Assembly: GCA_000165425.1 (NCBI GenBank)
Contig: CT868263.1
Coordinates: 310,001-374,000 of the forward strand
Length of the DNA: 64,000 bases
Source: Paramecium tetraurelia
Lineage: Eukaryota
Direction of reading: 5' to 3'
In this document: piece after piece, positions 39,466-53,423 of the stretch
Layout: every line of letters begins with the position of its first letter
Numbering within the stretch: the stretch's first letter is position 1
Translations under genes and position numbers: made by a program
The notes under the pieces: model-generated
Seen by the model: the letters and a program-made list of their open reading frames with translations, nothing else
Databases searched by the model: none
Told to the model about the DNA's origin: nothing

Positions 39466-40617
39466 TGATAATATTATATCGACAAATATCTAGGATTTAA
39501 ATTCGCCTTATAAACTTACAAACTACCCCCTTAAAATCGAATTACGTAATGTAGCGATTACAATACTAATATTATTAAGATGTATCTTATAATTAATACT
39601 AGTTATAATATTATAAACTATTCAAATTATTATTAAAACTTTGATCAGAATGAGTAGAAGTGAAGAGTTAGAGATTAGAAAATTTATAATAAATTTAAAA
39701 CTGTTATTAAGTGAATAATACATCGTTTTCTTTACTAACTTAAATCATACTGTCATTTGTAAAAGGACGAAGTTTATTTTGATGATCAATCATACTAATG
39801 TTGTAGTGGTGTAATCCTTATTCTTAATATTATATGATTTATTAATTTTTGATATCATGCATATACTTTGATATATTTTCATACTTCATTTGAAAATTTT
39901 TAGCATAAAAATCATGATTTGAGAAACTTAGAAATTAGGAATAATTTTTAATATTACATGCATTTTTATTAAATAATATTTTAGAGAATTTTCATTTAAA
40001 TTGGATATTAAGAGAAGCATCTTTATTCATTTAATCATATTAAAGTACTTTGTTTGATTAATTCTAAAAATACATGCACAAAAACTAAATCATAATTTTC
40101 TCAAATTTACTAAACATTAAATTTAATATATATGACGTATTAATTAAAAGAATCTATCTACTACAATTGTCAAATAAATTTCAACGATAGAGGGACTTGT
40201 ATCATTCATTAATGATGTTTATTTTTTGGAGTAAAAATACAATATTATTTTCTTTTGTTAGTTAAATATAAATCAAAGCCAAAATATATCATTCAAGTTA
40301 AATTAAGACTGGAAGAACAGAAACTTGGAATCGTTCAAAATCTTATACAAATATCTGTAAGTTTAGGACGTATAAGCTATTTGACAAAAATATACAACCA
40401 CACATCAAAAGCATCTTGATATATATTATCACCGTATTTCTTTTATAATTTATTTGCCTCAAAATATGGTATAAGCTAATTCTTAACAGGGTAAGATTAA
40501 AATGTTATTGAGGATAAATAATAATAAAGTTTTCAAATGATAAAGATAATAATTCTTATATAAAATCTCATCTCACCTTCGATATTAATCCTAATCGACA
40601 CTTAATCTTTCGAATAC

Positions 40618-40690
40618 GCTGATGTAGCTCAGTCGGCAGAGCGGTTGGCTGTTAACCAACAGGTCGAAGGTTCAAACCCTTCCATTAGCG
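40618..40690 (+). tRNA. tRNA-Asn(GTT)
   Basis: Cloverleaf: GCTGATG/CATTAGC acceptor, GCTC/GAGC D stem, GTTGG-CTGTTAA-CCAAC anticodon arm, GAAGG-TTCAAAC-CCTTC T arm, discriminator G. Confidence 0.96.
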
Positions 40691-40691
40691 C

Positions 40692-40697
40692 TTTTTT
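40692..40697 (+). terminator. RNA polymerase III oligo-T terminator
   Basis: T6 immediately 3' of the tRNA. Confidence 0.8.
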
Positions 40698-41111
40698 ATT
40701 TTTTCTCACCTTTTTAAATATAATTATAATTATATTAATATTTAGTATTTAATTATGCTTTTAATTTATAATTATCAAATTAACCTGAGATAGTTTTCAT
40801 ACAAAAAGATCATCAATAGAGACCATTGTATTGAGTTGAATACTCCATTTACATGTGATATATGGATTGAAACTTGTATTCAATGAATTGCATCATTCTG
40901 ACATAGATTTTCGATAATCTAAGAGTTTGTATACTACCAGGGTTTTTGGCACTGATTATATGACGGAATGGAAGTGTTATGATAATTGTTTAATAGAGAT
41001 TCTACATTAAGTAGTCGAATCATTTATATGGAATATAATTTATATGATTTATCTTAGGAAATTGTTTCGTAATGATATTTTAATATAAATAACAAACTAA
41101 TAATTTTATTG

Positions 41112-43604
41112 ATGTCATCATTAGCTTAATAATTTGAACTCTAGCACCGGGATTCAATTTAAGAATCTTTGTTGAATGATTCATCCATAAATATTTAAGA
41201 TGAATATAATTTGGAAAGCTCACATAGCATTTCAAATGGAAAATAATTTTAGAATAAAGCCAAATTGGCTATGGAAGAAAGAGCAGAGAAGGAATAGCAA
41301 CAATCGCAATAATATATTTTAGAGAAAATCCGGTAACTATACAATGACAGTTTAGAAGGTGTATCATAAAAATTAAGTACACTTAATAAATTTATTTTAG
41401 ACATTTTGTATTAATTACCAATTTTGAGACCAAAACAAGTAATCTTATGGAAGTTATTTATCAATCTCTTAACTTTGTTTGTTTTTTTTGAGGTACCCGT
41501 TTACATCGCATTTGGATAAGGCTTTTGGTAGGTAATATAGCTTATTTATTTCAAGGAATTGAAAACAGATAAGCAAGTGGCTGCATTGTATTATTCAATA
41601 TCCCTTTTTCTTGTAATAGATATGGGGATGGATTTTATAACTGCTTATTATAAACATGGAGTAGTGATTACAGACAGTCGGAAAATAGCAATAAACTACC
41701 TCTATGGGAACTTCTTTTTTGATCTTTCAGCAGTAAAGCTTTATTCAATATAATTAGTTAATAATATCAATTGCTAGATTATCTCTATTTACATCTAAAT
41801 TTAGATTTATATTTTTAATGTTTTACTTTAAGTTACCTTCATTTTTAAGGTTTGATGATCAGTTAAATGAAATGGTATTACTGTATAGAAGGACGAGAGT
41901 ATTTTATGAAGTGGGAAAGAGAGTTATTTTTATGTTTTTTGCATTTAATGTGTTTTTGTGTGTGTTTTATATTATTGGATTACATAGCGTAGAATCGAAT
42001 TATAATTCGTGGTTAACAAATTCTGGTAATTTTGGAATTATTTTGGATCGACCATTGCATGAAATATACTTTTTTGGATTCTACTTTTCTTTAGGAACAG
42101 TCTCAACTACCATGGGTTATGGTGATATAGTAATATATTTTATTGAAAGATTAGTCTCCTATGAATATTATAGAGTGTTCTTGGTCACTTTTGGGAGTTA
42201 TGTTCGGACTCATTATTTTTGCAAACAATATCAACTCTTTCTAAAAAATGATGGAAGAATACAATTTAAATGACCTTAAGCAATTTAAGTATAAGGTGAG
42301 CATCAATAAATTCATGGAATAAAAATAAGTACCTTCTGATTTACAGGAAATAATTAGGTAATATCTCAATGAATATTGGCATCAATAAGGACTCAGGGAT
42401 TAAGAGCAAGAAGTACTGGTTTTTCAAATGTTGGCTCCTGAGTTAAAATAAGAATTAATGTATTAATCTTATGGACAGTTTTTGTAAACTACCTTTTTTT
42501 CAAAATATTTTTCAAAGCCTTTTTTAAAAGATCTCTCAGAAAAGATACAAGAAGTTAATTATTCAACTGGAAATGTCATAATTGAAGCAGGTGATTCTAA
42601 TGATGATTAAAGCTTTTATTTTATACAAAGTGGAACTGTAATTATCAAATGTGGTAATTCAGAGATAGTCAAAAAGAAGTTGCTAAAGGGAGACAGCTTT
42701 GGTGAATATGCCTTTATGACAGGTATTGAATATATTTATTTAATATATCAGGATAAGCAAGGACAGCCACAGCCTATTCTTAGGAATACAGTTAATTGCA
42801 TAAAATATCTAGAAGTGATTTCTTAGATATCTTAAAACATTATCCTGATGATTATGAAATATTTTGTAAACTCCGAGATGAATTGATATTTTCATAAAAT
42901 TTCCAATCTCTTGGATAATTTTGTTGGACTTGTCATAAAGTTGATCATTATGCATCGGCTTGTCCTTTCACTCATTACATTCCTGAGGTATGGGATTTAG
43001 TTGATAATGCCACTATTTTGTATTCAAATTAAGATAGAATCAAGATATAAAGATATGATAGAAAGCATTGGCCAACCAGAACCAATCAAAAGACTTTGGT
43101 CAACGGTTTGAATAAGTCCAAAATTAAGAAATTTGCTAATGTTATGGTACATTCTAATATAAATTGAATTAGTTTAGAACCGTAAAAAACATCAGTATGC
43201 AAAAACTATCTCCTCTCAAAAAGTAGTCAAGTATTCAGCAAAGTGTTCAATCGTTTGGATTAGACTCTGATTAAAAATTAGAAATTAATAAAACTGAATC
43301 AATATCGGATGATCCCTTTAAATTACAGGACGAATCTGACATGTCTTAGATTCAATAGGTGGAAAAGAAGGATGCTGAAAGGAACAACCTTTCATCATTA
43401 TAGAGCAAACTTAATCAATACAGAGATTAATAACAATATTAAATCCATCAGGGATTAGATTATTTTGATGAGCCTTAGAACTTCAAATATTATCACAAAA
43501 AGTTCAATTATTCAAATTACAAAGTTTTCCAAGGATTTAAAGAATCGTAAATGAAAAAATAAATAAACATTAGAAAGTCATTTATGCCAGGAACCTATAC
43601 TTGA
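41112..43604 (+). CDS. EAG/CNBD-family K+ channel
   Basis: DFITAYYKHG..IAINYL; pore TTMGYGDI|SP; C-linker; CNBD FYFIQSG..GDSFGE..RTATA; CxxC-H-C knuckle. Confidence 0.9.
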
Positions 43605-43656
43605 TTACTTATTTATTTTATAATTAAAAAAGTATATTAATTAAGTTAAAAATTAG

Positions 43657-45081
43657 ATGGCAACTCTTCCTAAACAATTGAGAAATCTCTTAAAATAAAT
43701 CGACTTATTCAGTATACCAGTTCCAGTGTTAACTGATGATGCAACATCTAAGTATTCAAGTCCAAGTAGTGGAATTATTTCAATTTTGGCTTCAGTATTA
43801 AGTTTAGCTTACTTTGCATATGTCTTATCAGAGTGGGCTAGTGGAAACATCCTTCCTACCATCACTAGCAATTAATCGGCGTAGGCTTATTCCGAACAAG
43901 AATTAGAAGATAACTTCATTTAGTTCAAATTAGCAGATCCAGCCAATTCGGATCCTTTTCAAAGGAACAATAATATTATAACTCCTTTATTATTTGTTGT
44001 TGACAATTATGAGATTGCAAGTCCTCCATTACCCTTATTTAGTGATGATGAAAATCCGTTCACAGTGGGATTAAATAAAGGGACATTAATTGTCAATAAC
44101 TTAAATTAGAACATTGATGAATAATCATTTAAACCATAAAGAAATTATCTATTGGTATTTATTCAATGCTTAGACCAATACTTAGAAGAGAATAGCAACT
44201 GTGCTAGTTAAGAAGTGATTGATTAATACATGAAAGAGTATCATGGATTTCTGTCAATCATCATGAAATTGGAGCAATATAACTATAGAGAGGATCAAAT
44301 AGAATATATAACAAAGTAAGCATATCAAGCACTTTCTCCAACCTATATTTAATATACTTAAATCGCAATTTAATAAAAAGCGATTAATCTTGATAATGGG
44401 TTATTATTTTAAAATTAGGTTACTTTTAAGTTAATCAATGATTTCTATCTAATTAATTAATCAATTGATAATCAGTATTTATAAAATATAGTATCAACAT
44501 TTTCGAATTAAAATATAAAGTTAAATGCCATTATGGCTTATTAGATAAGGATTGATAATTTATAGATTTCAGATAGAATCATTATGCCCAAACTCAGTGC
44601 AGTTTTGGCTTATATAGGTTCTATCGTGTAGGTTATATTTATGTTGAAGTACCTAGCAGTCTTCATAAACAATCATAATTTAAAAGTAGAGATGCAAACT
44701 CAAATTCTGCAGATCTACTACCCAAATTTAAAAAACATAATTATCAAAAGAAACTATTTCGGCAAGATAATTCCAATCAATGATAACAATCAACAAGAAA
44801 TCTACACCGAAACTTTTGTTAAACAATATGAAGAGCATCTAGATATTGCATTCAAGAAGCTACGGCTAATAAACATTATTTATGAATTATCCAGGATAGA
44901 GCTTCTATTGGAAAAACATTTTGGTCTTGAGAATGTAAGTGAATGCAATTAGATGGGATCTACATTTTAATTTAATAGCAATGATAAGAAAAATGAATCT
45001 GCAAGAGTTTCAATGTTGTCGACTGGAAATTCAGGACCTCAACCTACAGATGATATCTTTAAACTATTTAATAAGTCTTGA
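43657..45081 (+). CDS. two-pass transmembrane protein of an unnamed family (474 aa)
   Basis: KQIDLFSIPV, TM1 GIISILASVLSLAYFAYVL, large ectodomain, TM2 VLAYIGSIVQVIFMLKY; intronless. Confidence 0.8.
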
Positions 45082-45139
45082 TTAGATCAACTATTCATAA
45101 TAATTAAGAAATATTAGTTATTTTATAATTTATTTTTAT

Positions 45140-45846
45140 ATGATCTCTATAATTTTCTTATTATTTGGCTTAATATAGGGTTAAGATGATGATGTTATAA
45201 ATTATGTGGAAGAAGATAAACAAGATAGAAAAGATCTTATGCAAGAATGGGAATTGATGATGCAAGACTTTATTCCAGATGATATGATCGCATTTGAATT
45301 GAAGCAAGGCAACATGGAAATATTAGAAGAAGGAATTCATCATCCAACAACTATACGTGGAGCTTATTTCATCAGCATGACAACCAAGGAGAAAATTAAT
45401 TTCTTGGTAAGAATCAATTAGTATGTTAGATTAAAGATCCAAAAGGGAATATCATAAGTAGTAAAGCAGCTAAAAAGGAAGCTGTATTTTCAGTCAATAT
45501 TACTGAACCTGGAGATTACTAATTTTTGTTTGATAATGAAAGAGGCAGCAGTGATCAGATTGTAACATTTGCTCTAGATATTCACAATGCCACTTATGAG
45601 CATATTAAACATCATGACTTAGATCCGTTAATGAAGTAGATTCAGCATCTATAAAATGGAATCAATGATATAATGTTTGAAACTAAATTTTCCTAATAGA
45701 GAAGAGAAAGTGGTTATGAATCAATGCAATCAACTCATTCAAGATTATTTTACTTTTCAATTTTTGAAACTATAATCATTATTTTAGTGAGTGTATGGTA
45801 GGTGTATTATATCAAAAGTATTATTGATAATCGTAGATTGATTTGA
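45140..45846 (+). CDS. p24/emp24/gp25L (TMED) GOLD-domain protein
   Basis: Signal peptide; IKDPKG, GDYQFLFDN, coiled coil, FSIFETIIIILVSVWQVYYIK. Confidence 0.9.
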
Positions 45847-46667
45847 TTTATTGATAAATTCTATATATTAATTAGTGTGGTATAATAAATTTGTTAATAG
45901 TTATTTCAAAAATAAATTAAATTCTATGTGTTGGTTTAGAACTAAAATATATTGTTCATAACTCTTAAATATTTCGAGAGTTTCTTAGTATTTTTCAATC
46001 AATCAAAAGTTGAACTCTTAAATAAAAATAACTTTGTTAATTAATTTGTTATTTGTTATTATTTTTCAATTAAATTAGGTGACATTTAAGATCTCCGGGG
46101 AACATTTGTAACTAAACTTAATTGAAATTGGAAGTATAATTAAAATATGACTTAACAGAAGTAGGCGTTTTCCATTGGTGAATCTTTTAAAGATAGTTTA
46201 AAATTAAGGCTTTATTTTAATATATATGAAAGGTTTTTGAGAAAGAGTTCCATTGCTTGAGGATATATGGATATTAATATAATGTAACATAATTATAAAC
46301 CTTTTGTATTAATGATAATTCATCTAACCCTCACTACATCTCAAAGCTATCAAAATAGATTAGGAGGAGAAATAAGAGATTACTGCTTAAATACTTTATT
46401 TTAAAGATTGGTTATGTATGAAACATGGAAATGGAATGATTTAATTTGAGTGGTAATAAGGGGAACTAGAAGAATGCTAGTAGCTCTACAATTTATAATG
46501 GAGAAGAATAGAGATATGGAATAGAAGTGACAGTTATTTTGTACATAAATTAAGATGACAGCTTAAATACATATAAGAATATTGATGATGATATAAAAAA
46601 TCTTAGATTGGGATTCTAAGTTTTTATATATTATAATTAGTATTATTTTAAATTATAAAAATCAAAT

Positions 46668-49643
46668 ATGCGCAGCTTGAGTAGATTTCTATTCCGTCGT
46701 CCTTAATTATGGGTGAATCGATTTGCACTCCCTTTACAAAAGAAATGTGTTTATGGGTTCAGCAATGGTAACTTGTGATTGAATAATAATAAATTAGGTG
46801 CTTACAATAACTCTAACATTAAGTTGAAAACTATACCTCTTCAGAATTACGCTTGTGATCCTGAAGAGATTGACTCTAAAATAGGAGCAACTGATTTCTG
46901 TCTTTTTAGTTCAGTCCAGCCTATCTTTCCTAATAATCCTATGAATTGTTAAATAAAGATAGGGAATCTAAAACGAATCACGAGGCCACTTCTCTACACT
47001 ATCATTTCGCCCGACAATGGGGAAATCTTTACAATTGGAATAGCTTTGAGTAAATCAGTTGAAAAGAGTTTAAATTCTGAACTCAAAGTATTGGAATAGA
47101 GAGATGCCAATGGAAATATATTGATCAATGATCCGATGAACAATACATTTAATTTGGATATTATTTCAAAGTCTGTAAGTGATTTAAAATAATAAGATAG
47201 AGAAATTACAGATTCAAAATAACCAAAATTGAAATGACTCCAGATGGTATATTTGCCCAAGGAATACCTTATAAGGATCGACCTCTCACTTAAGCAGAAT
47301 TATAGATTGATATAAAAAATGAAGTTAAACAGATAAGTTCTCTTGTATCTTAAATCAGAAAATTGGCTTAAATCGATAGGATAGAGGCATTTACAGAAGT
47401 CAAATATTCTCTACTTGACTCAAGTGAAAAATTGACAGCCACTCAAATAGATGAAATTGTTTATTAAGTAGCTGCCGGACTTTCAAAATTGTAGACAAAT
47501 AATTTGAAATTGAATACATCTCAATTTGTGTAATAACTATTAGAGAGTTAAACATATATTGAAAGATTATTCATTTTGAGAAAGCAACTCGAAAACATGC
47601 AAGGAGTATTAGATTTAGTAAACAAACATTTCAAAGAATCGGATTCCTCATTATTGAAATTGCATCAATAAACCTTAGCCAAATTAGCAACTGAATATAT
47701 TAGATAGAATTACCTGAAGGATGCTCCTAACTCATAATCCTATGGAGGATCAGTTGGATCTCAATCCTAAGTTGGAGAAAAAGTATGTAATTCCACTAAT
47801 TTAGCAAAAGCAATCGGTTTTAGTGAAGAAATATTAAGATAAACTCTCACTAATTACAGATGAATCATCACGAGAAAAAGTCAAAAGAGAAATTGAGAGA
47901 TTCAGTCTGCTCGATAAGTAAAGTTCAGAATTTCATAAAATTAATTCCTATTTAGACGAAGTGTTTAGTATTCCATTTGCTAAATTCACAGTAATAAAGT
48001 ATTGAAATATTTTAGCCTGTTCAATGGGATATTTAATATGCAAAAGATGTCCTAAACAAAGAAATTGAGGGATTAGAAAAAGTCAAGGAAAGAATAATTG
48101 AAATGATTTCAGTCAACAAATTGAAGAATTCAGGTTAAAAAGCTAAAGGATTTATTCTCCTTTTGAATGGTCCACCAGGAACTGGTAAAACATCTATTGC
48201 AAAGAGTATTGCCAAGGCATTAAAAAGAACATCAAGATTCATCTCTTGCGCAGGTGTGGCTGATCCAACATTCTTTAAAGGTCATAAAAGAACTTATGTT
48301 GATTCAATGCCAGGTGTATTTATAAGAGAATTAATAAAATCAAATACAATGAACCCTGTATTTATTTTAGATGAATTGGATAAAGTTTCAAAACATCATG
48401 CTGGTGGTGCTGATCCATATTATACCTTATTGGAGATTCTAAATCCTGAAGAGAACCATAACTTTACAGATCACTACATGGATATCAGTGTTGATTTTTC
48501 AAATGTGATATTCATTTTAACATCAAATGACACACTCTAAATGTTAGAACCACTTAAAAATAGATTAGAAACTATCGATATTTAAGCATACATTCAGGAA
48601 GAGAAATTACAAATAGCTAATAATTTTCTTGTAACCAAAAGTATAGAAAGTAATGGAATAAAACAATAAATGATTAAATATGATAATGAAACTCTGACTA
48701 AAATAATTAAAGCATGGTGTTATTAGGAGTCTGGAGTTAGAGAATTAAAGAGATGTTTGGAAAAGATTGCCAGAAAGCATGCGACTAATTTATTAACTGC
48801 TAATCCTAATCTATGTGATAAAGTTGATGAATTGAATTAAGTTGTATTTGATCCCACAATTTCAAGCCTAGATTTAACCAAGGATAAAAACTTAGAACTT
48901 ATATCATAATATTTAGGACCCCCTAGTTTTGATATTTAATTAGAATAGAGATCTATTAAAAAGTTTCCACCTGGCTAAGTTAACATTCTGACTGTTGGCG
49001 GTATGATAGGGACATGTTTTAACAGTTGAAAGTTGTCTTTGATGATAGTGAAACAGAAAAGAAAGGATAAATTGTAGCATCTGGAAACATTAAATTAGTG
49101 CTTTAAGAATTCATTGAAGTTAGCCAAAATTAATGCTTACAAATATCTTAATGAAGAATAAAAATTACTATTATTCGAAATCAGCCATCCATATGCATTT
49201 TACTGAAGGAGCTACACCTAAGGATGGACCTTCTGCAGGCACAGCTATCACAACAGCTTTAATAAGTTTAGTTACTAATTTTACTGTTCCTAGCAACTTA
49301 GCTATGACTGGAGAAATCTCTTTAAATGGTCAGGTCTGCAAAATTGGTATTTCTTATTCTTATCTAAGGTGGTATTTAATAAAAGCTTATAGCTGCCAAA
49401 ACTCTTGATATTGTTGACATCATTTTGCCATATGCAAATTTAGGAGATGCTTTGAACCTGCCATCATAATTATTAAAGGGACTAAATCTATATTTCGTAA
49501 CAGACTACCAATAAATTTATGATTTGATTTTTGATCAATAGATGGGAAACGTTAATTATACATTAAATACAATTAAGGACGGAATTTATGAAACAATTTA
49601 AAATGGATCAAAGGAGTAAATATAATAATCAATTAATTGTTGA
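46668..49643 (+). CDS. LON: mitochondrial Lon protease; four apparent frameshifts at 49010-49175
   Basis: Arg-rich presequence; GPPGTGKTS, GHKRTYV, ILDELDK, LLEILNPEEN; HMHFTEGATPKDGPSAG (Ser) and GGIQQKLIAA (Lys). Confidence 0.92.
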
Positions 49644-49656
49644 ATATGTAACTGAA

Positions 49657-51815
49657 TCATTATTATTATTAAAATTCTTGTAAAATTTGTTAGTTTTATT
49701 CTATAATCTTTTTCATATAATCGTCATCTATTTCTTGATTAACATCTATCATTTGATACTACTTGTCGATATCCTCAAAATTGTTCTCTTAAGTATAACT
49801 ATGTATGTTGTTCTCTTCAGTTCCAATAAACAATGCTTTATCCAAATAGGCTATACATTTAAATGTTTCTGGTTTTGTAAATTTAGAAATGACCTTTTTA
49901 TTCGGATAATCCCAAGTTAAAAGTAACCCAGTTCCTATGCTAACTAAATATCCAGTTTCTGGAATGACTAACAATTTTTAAATGGGATGATCTAATCCTG
50001 AAAAATAAGTAAGTGCTTAATTATTATTGAGATTCCATAATCTTATTGTTTTATCATGAGAACCACTAAATAAGATTTTGCCATCCAGAGCCAAACAAGT
50101 AATGCTGTCCTGATGTCCAACAAATGAATCATCATGTTCATAAGTGAACATATTAATAAGATAAATAGTAAATTTATTTCCAGCTGCAATAATTCTTTTA
50201 GTTGTCTTATCAAATAAGAGACACAGAATTTCATTTCCTAATGAATCTGCTGTTGCTTTAGGATTGGCTAACAATGACTATTTTAATTAGGGCATTATAT
50301 AACTAGCCATTAATCGTTGTTTACGTTCAAAGATTTCCCAAACATTTATTCTACCATCATAACCACTACTAAACATGTATTCTTCACTATCAAATGTGCA
50401 ACTTGTTAATGCACAAACAGTGTTATTATGTCTAGATTTAGCTTTACTTTAATCAATAATCAAAAATGATCCTATTTCTATGTTCCACAATCTGATTTCA
50501 CCATTATCATGTCCAGTTGCTACTAGATTAGCATTTGTTAGATAATGCATACTTGAAACTTCATTCTTCTCACCAGTTTCAATTGTAGAAATACAAGACA
50601 TATCTTTTGAGTCCCAAACTCTTATGGTATTGTCCAAAGAAGCTGATACCAATTTCTTTGGTTCAAATTCTTAAGGACAATCTATACCTAATATTTCAAT
50701 CACTGGTCCTTTGTGTTAATCTAGAAGATTTCCAGTTCTAACACCCCTCTTGATTCTCAAAACATCAATAAACTATTCTGTATATACAACCAATGCTTCC
50801 AAATGGTCTATAATAATAAGATTTGAAATGTACCTATAAGATCGATTCCTAAGATTTTGCATTCGTATAATTTGAATTCTAGAACCTATTTATCACTAGA
50901 GATGTTCATAAAATATACTCTGCCTTATTCATCAGATGCAATCAATTCTTAATGGGTTTGACTCCATCTGATTGATGTAAATAGACACTTATGTGGGTTC
51001 TTATAACTAAAGAATTTACCGCCTGATTCCCCATAACCTAATATTTTTTAATCATAAGCTATTGAGAATATCGCGTTATCTTTTTCTACTTCTATAATTT
51101 AAATCACATGCAAACGATGGAAAGAAAAGAAGCTTTTTTCTAATTTTACATAAGTCTACTATTATTGAAGAGTAGGTTGCGAATTCATAAATAAATGTAA
51201 TGAGCCATCAGTGTCACCAGCATAAAGTTAAAATTGAGGCATCTTTACTAAAAATGCAGTTATATAGGATTGCTGATTCAAAGATTTCTTCATAGAGAAA
51301 TCATAAATTATTTACACAGTCACGAACCATGGATGATACATGAATTCTCTTCCACTCTCTTATTTCCAAATCCTAAGTACTTTATCATTGCTAGCTGAAA
51401 ACAAACTATCTTAAGCAAATGCAATTGCCATTATGGATCCAGTGTGCCCAAATAAAGTTTGTATGCACCCTTTTTTGATATCATTTTCCCATAGTTTTAT
51501 AGTACGATCAGCACTTCCTGTAAATATATAATAACTGTCAGAAAATTTCTCAATTATTAAACATCTGATTTCTCCTTTGTGATTATTTTTATTTTCTACA
51601 GGCTTTAAGATTTCGTAATCCTTTGATTGTAAGAAATGTTTGGTATCAAATCCTTTTTTTCGAAATTGCATCATTTATCCATTGCTTAATCCAAGTGTTA
51701 TTGCTTAATCAGAGTAATGGTAGGCAGTAATTCTTGTTTGAGGATCCTCCTTAAATTTTGATTTTTTCTCATAAAACAAAGGGTCTGTAAACTTTTTGAC
51801 TCTAATAAATTCCAT
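49657..51815 (-). CDS. WD40-repeat protein
   Basis: Several GH..D.TIxxW repeats (TGSADRTIKLWE, SASLDNTIRVWD, SGSHDKTIRLWN). Confidence 0.88.
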
Positions 51816-51869
51816 TATTTTATTGCAATGAAAATTAATATTATATTTTTGTTATTCATATTTTATATA

Positions 51870-53423
51870 TCATGCAAAGAGGCCTAACAAATCTCTTGGT
51901 GTTACATATTTGAGCTTATCTCCATCCTCAACAAAGACTACTTCGTGTCTTTCTACAATTCTCTCTAATTAATTTAAATCAAGTGTATTTGGAACAATGA
52001 CAAATTCTTTAGAGTGTACTTTTTTAGCAAGATCAGCCTATCATAATATATTTATAAAAATACGTGATTCAATTTCTTATTAACGATTCCAGCCAATATC
52101 TTCTTCTAGAAAACAACTGACAATAATTTGCCATTTTCTTGGAGTGGAACAGCAGGATGTGTTTTTAAGACTTCCAAGCATTATGCAACTGTAGCTGTTG
52201 CCACATCCAAGGCTTGAATTTCATGCAAATTCAAATCAGTAATTGGTCTTCCAGCTAATGGATGTTCAGGCTCTTTCAATTCATCATAAGAAATGAACTT
52301 ATTTTCAATCATCCAAGTCTTGCTCAAGTGTTTGGTCATATAATTTCTAATGTTATCAGGTAGAATGATGACAATCTAAAATTAGTTTATATCTAATATT
52401 ACTCTTTAATTCTCTGTGAAATTTTAAGTCTTGGCCCATTCCAAAGCTCCCCAAACTGTAGCACCTGAAGAACCACCGCATAATAATCCTTCTTGAGATA
52501 ATAATTTTCTTGCTGTGAGTAGACTGTCATTATCAACTGTCTTAATCCAGCCGTCAATTTCTGTCTATAATAATGGTTTATGATTTTACTCTATCTAAGA
52601 CCTTGGGAATAAAGTCATATCCAATGCCTTCAACTTTATATGTTTTGATGTCAGTCTTATTAACCTCTTAAGGCAAAGCCAAATCAGATCCATAGGGATC
52701 CACAGCGATGACTTTGCATCCTGGAACCCTTTCATGAATTTTTCTACCAACTCCAGTGATTGTACCACCAGTGCCTGTTGAAATAATGACGGCATCCAAT
52801 TTATCATCACAAGCCCACAAGATTTCCTCAGCTGTGCCTTCATAATGAGCCAAAGGATTGGATGGATTGGAGTATTGATCTAATAATATGACATTGGGAT
52901 CATCTGTTGCCATCTTCTTAGCCACTTGAATCAATGATTCAGGTTCATACCAAGCAGCCTCTGTTGGTGTTCTAATGACCTTAGCACCTAGACCTGTGAG
53001 GACATCTTGTTTTTCTTGGGACATCTTCTCAGGCATGGTAATGACTAATGGATATCCTCTAACAGCACAAGCCAAAGCTAATCCTACTCCGGTGTTTCCA
53101 GAAGTGGCTTCGACAAGGGATTTGCCTGGTCCAAGACGACCTTATTTTTCAGCATCCAAAACCATTCTAACACCAATTCTATCCTTTAGTGAGCCACCCA
53201 CATTCAAAAATTCACATTTAACAAGCACTTCGCATTTTAAGCCATACTCTTTTGGGATTTTATTTAAACGAATCATAGGAGTATGACCCACAGCATCGAG
53301 TGCGTCGTTGTAGATCTTCTTAAATGGAACAAATTCTATGTTTGAATGTGGAGTTTGGGGTTATTCTTTTGCTCCTCTTTTGTAGGTGCATTGGATTGTG
53401 TCTTTTGATAAGTCTTGAATCAT
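51870..53423 (-). CDS. CBS: cystathionine beta-synthase with C-terminal CBS-like regulatory region
   Basis: KCEFLNVGGSLKDRIG (PLP Lys), EATSGNTG, LDQYSNPSNPLAHY, GTGGT, VEGIGYDF, EGLLCGGSSG, LPDNIRNYMTKHL. Confidence 0.93.
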
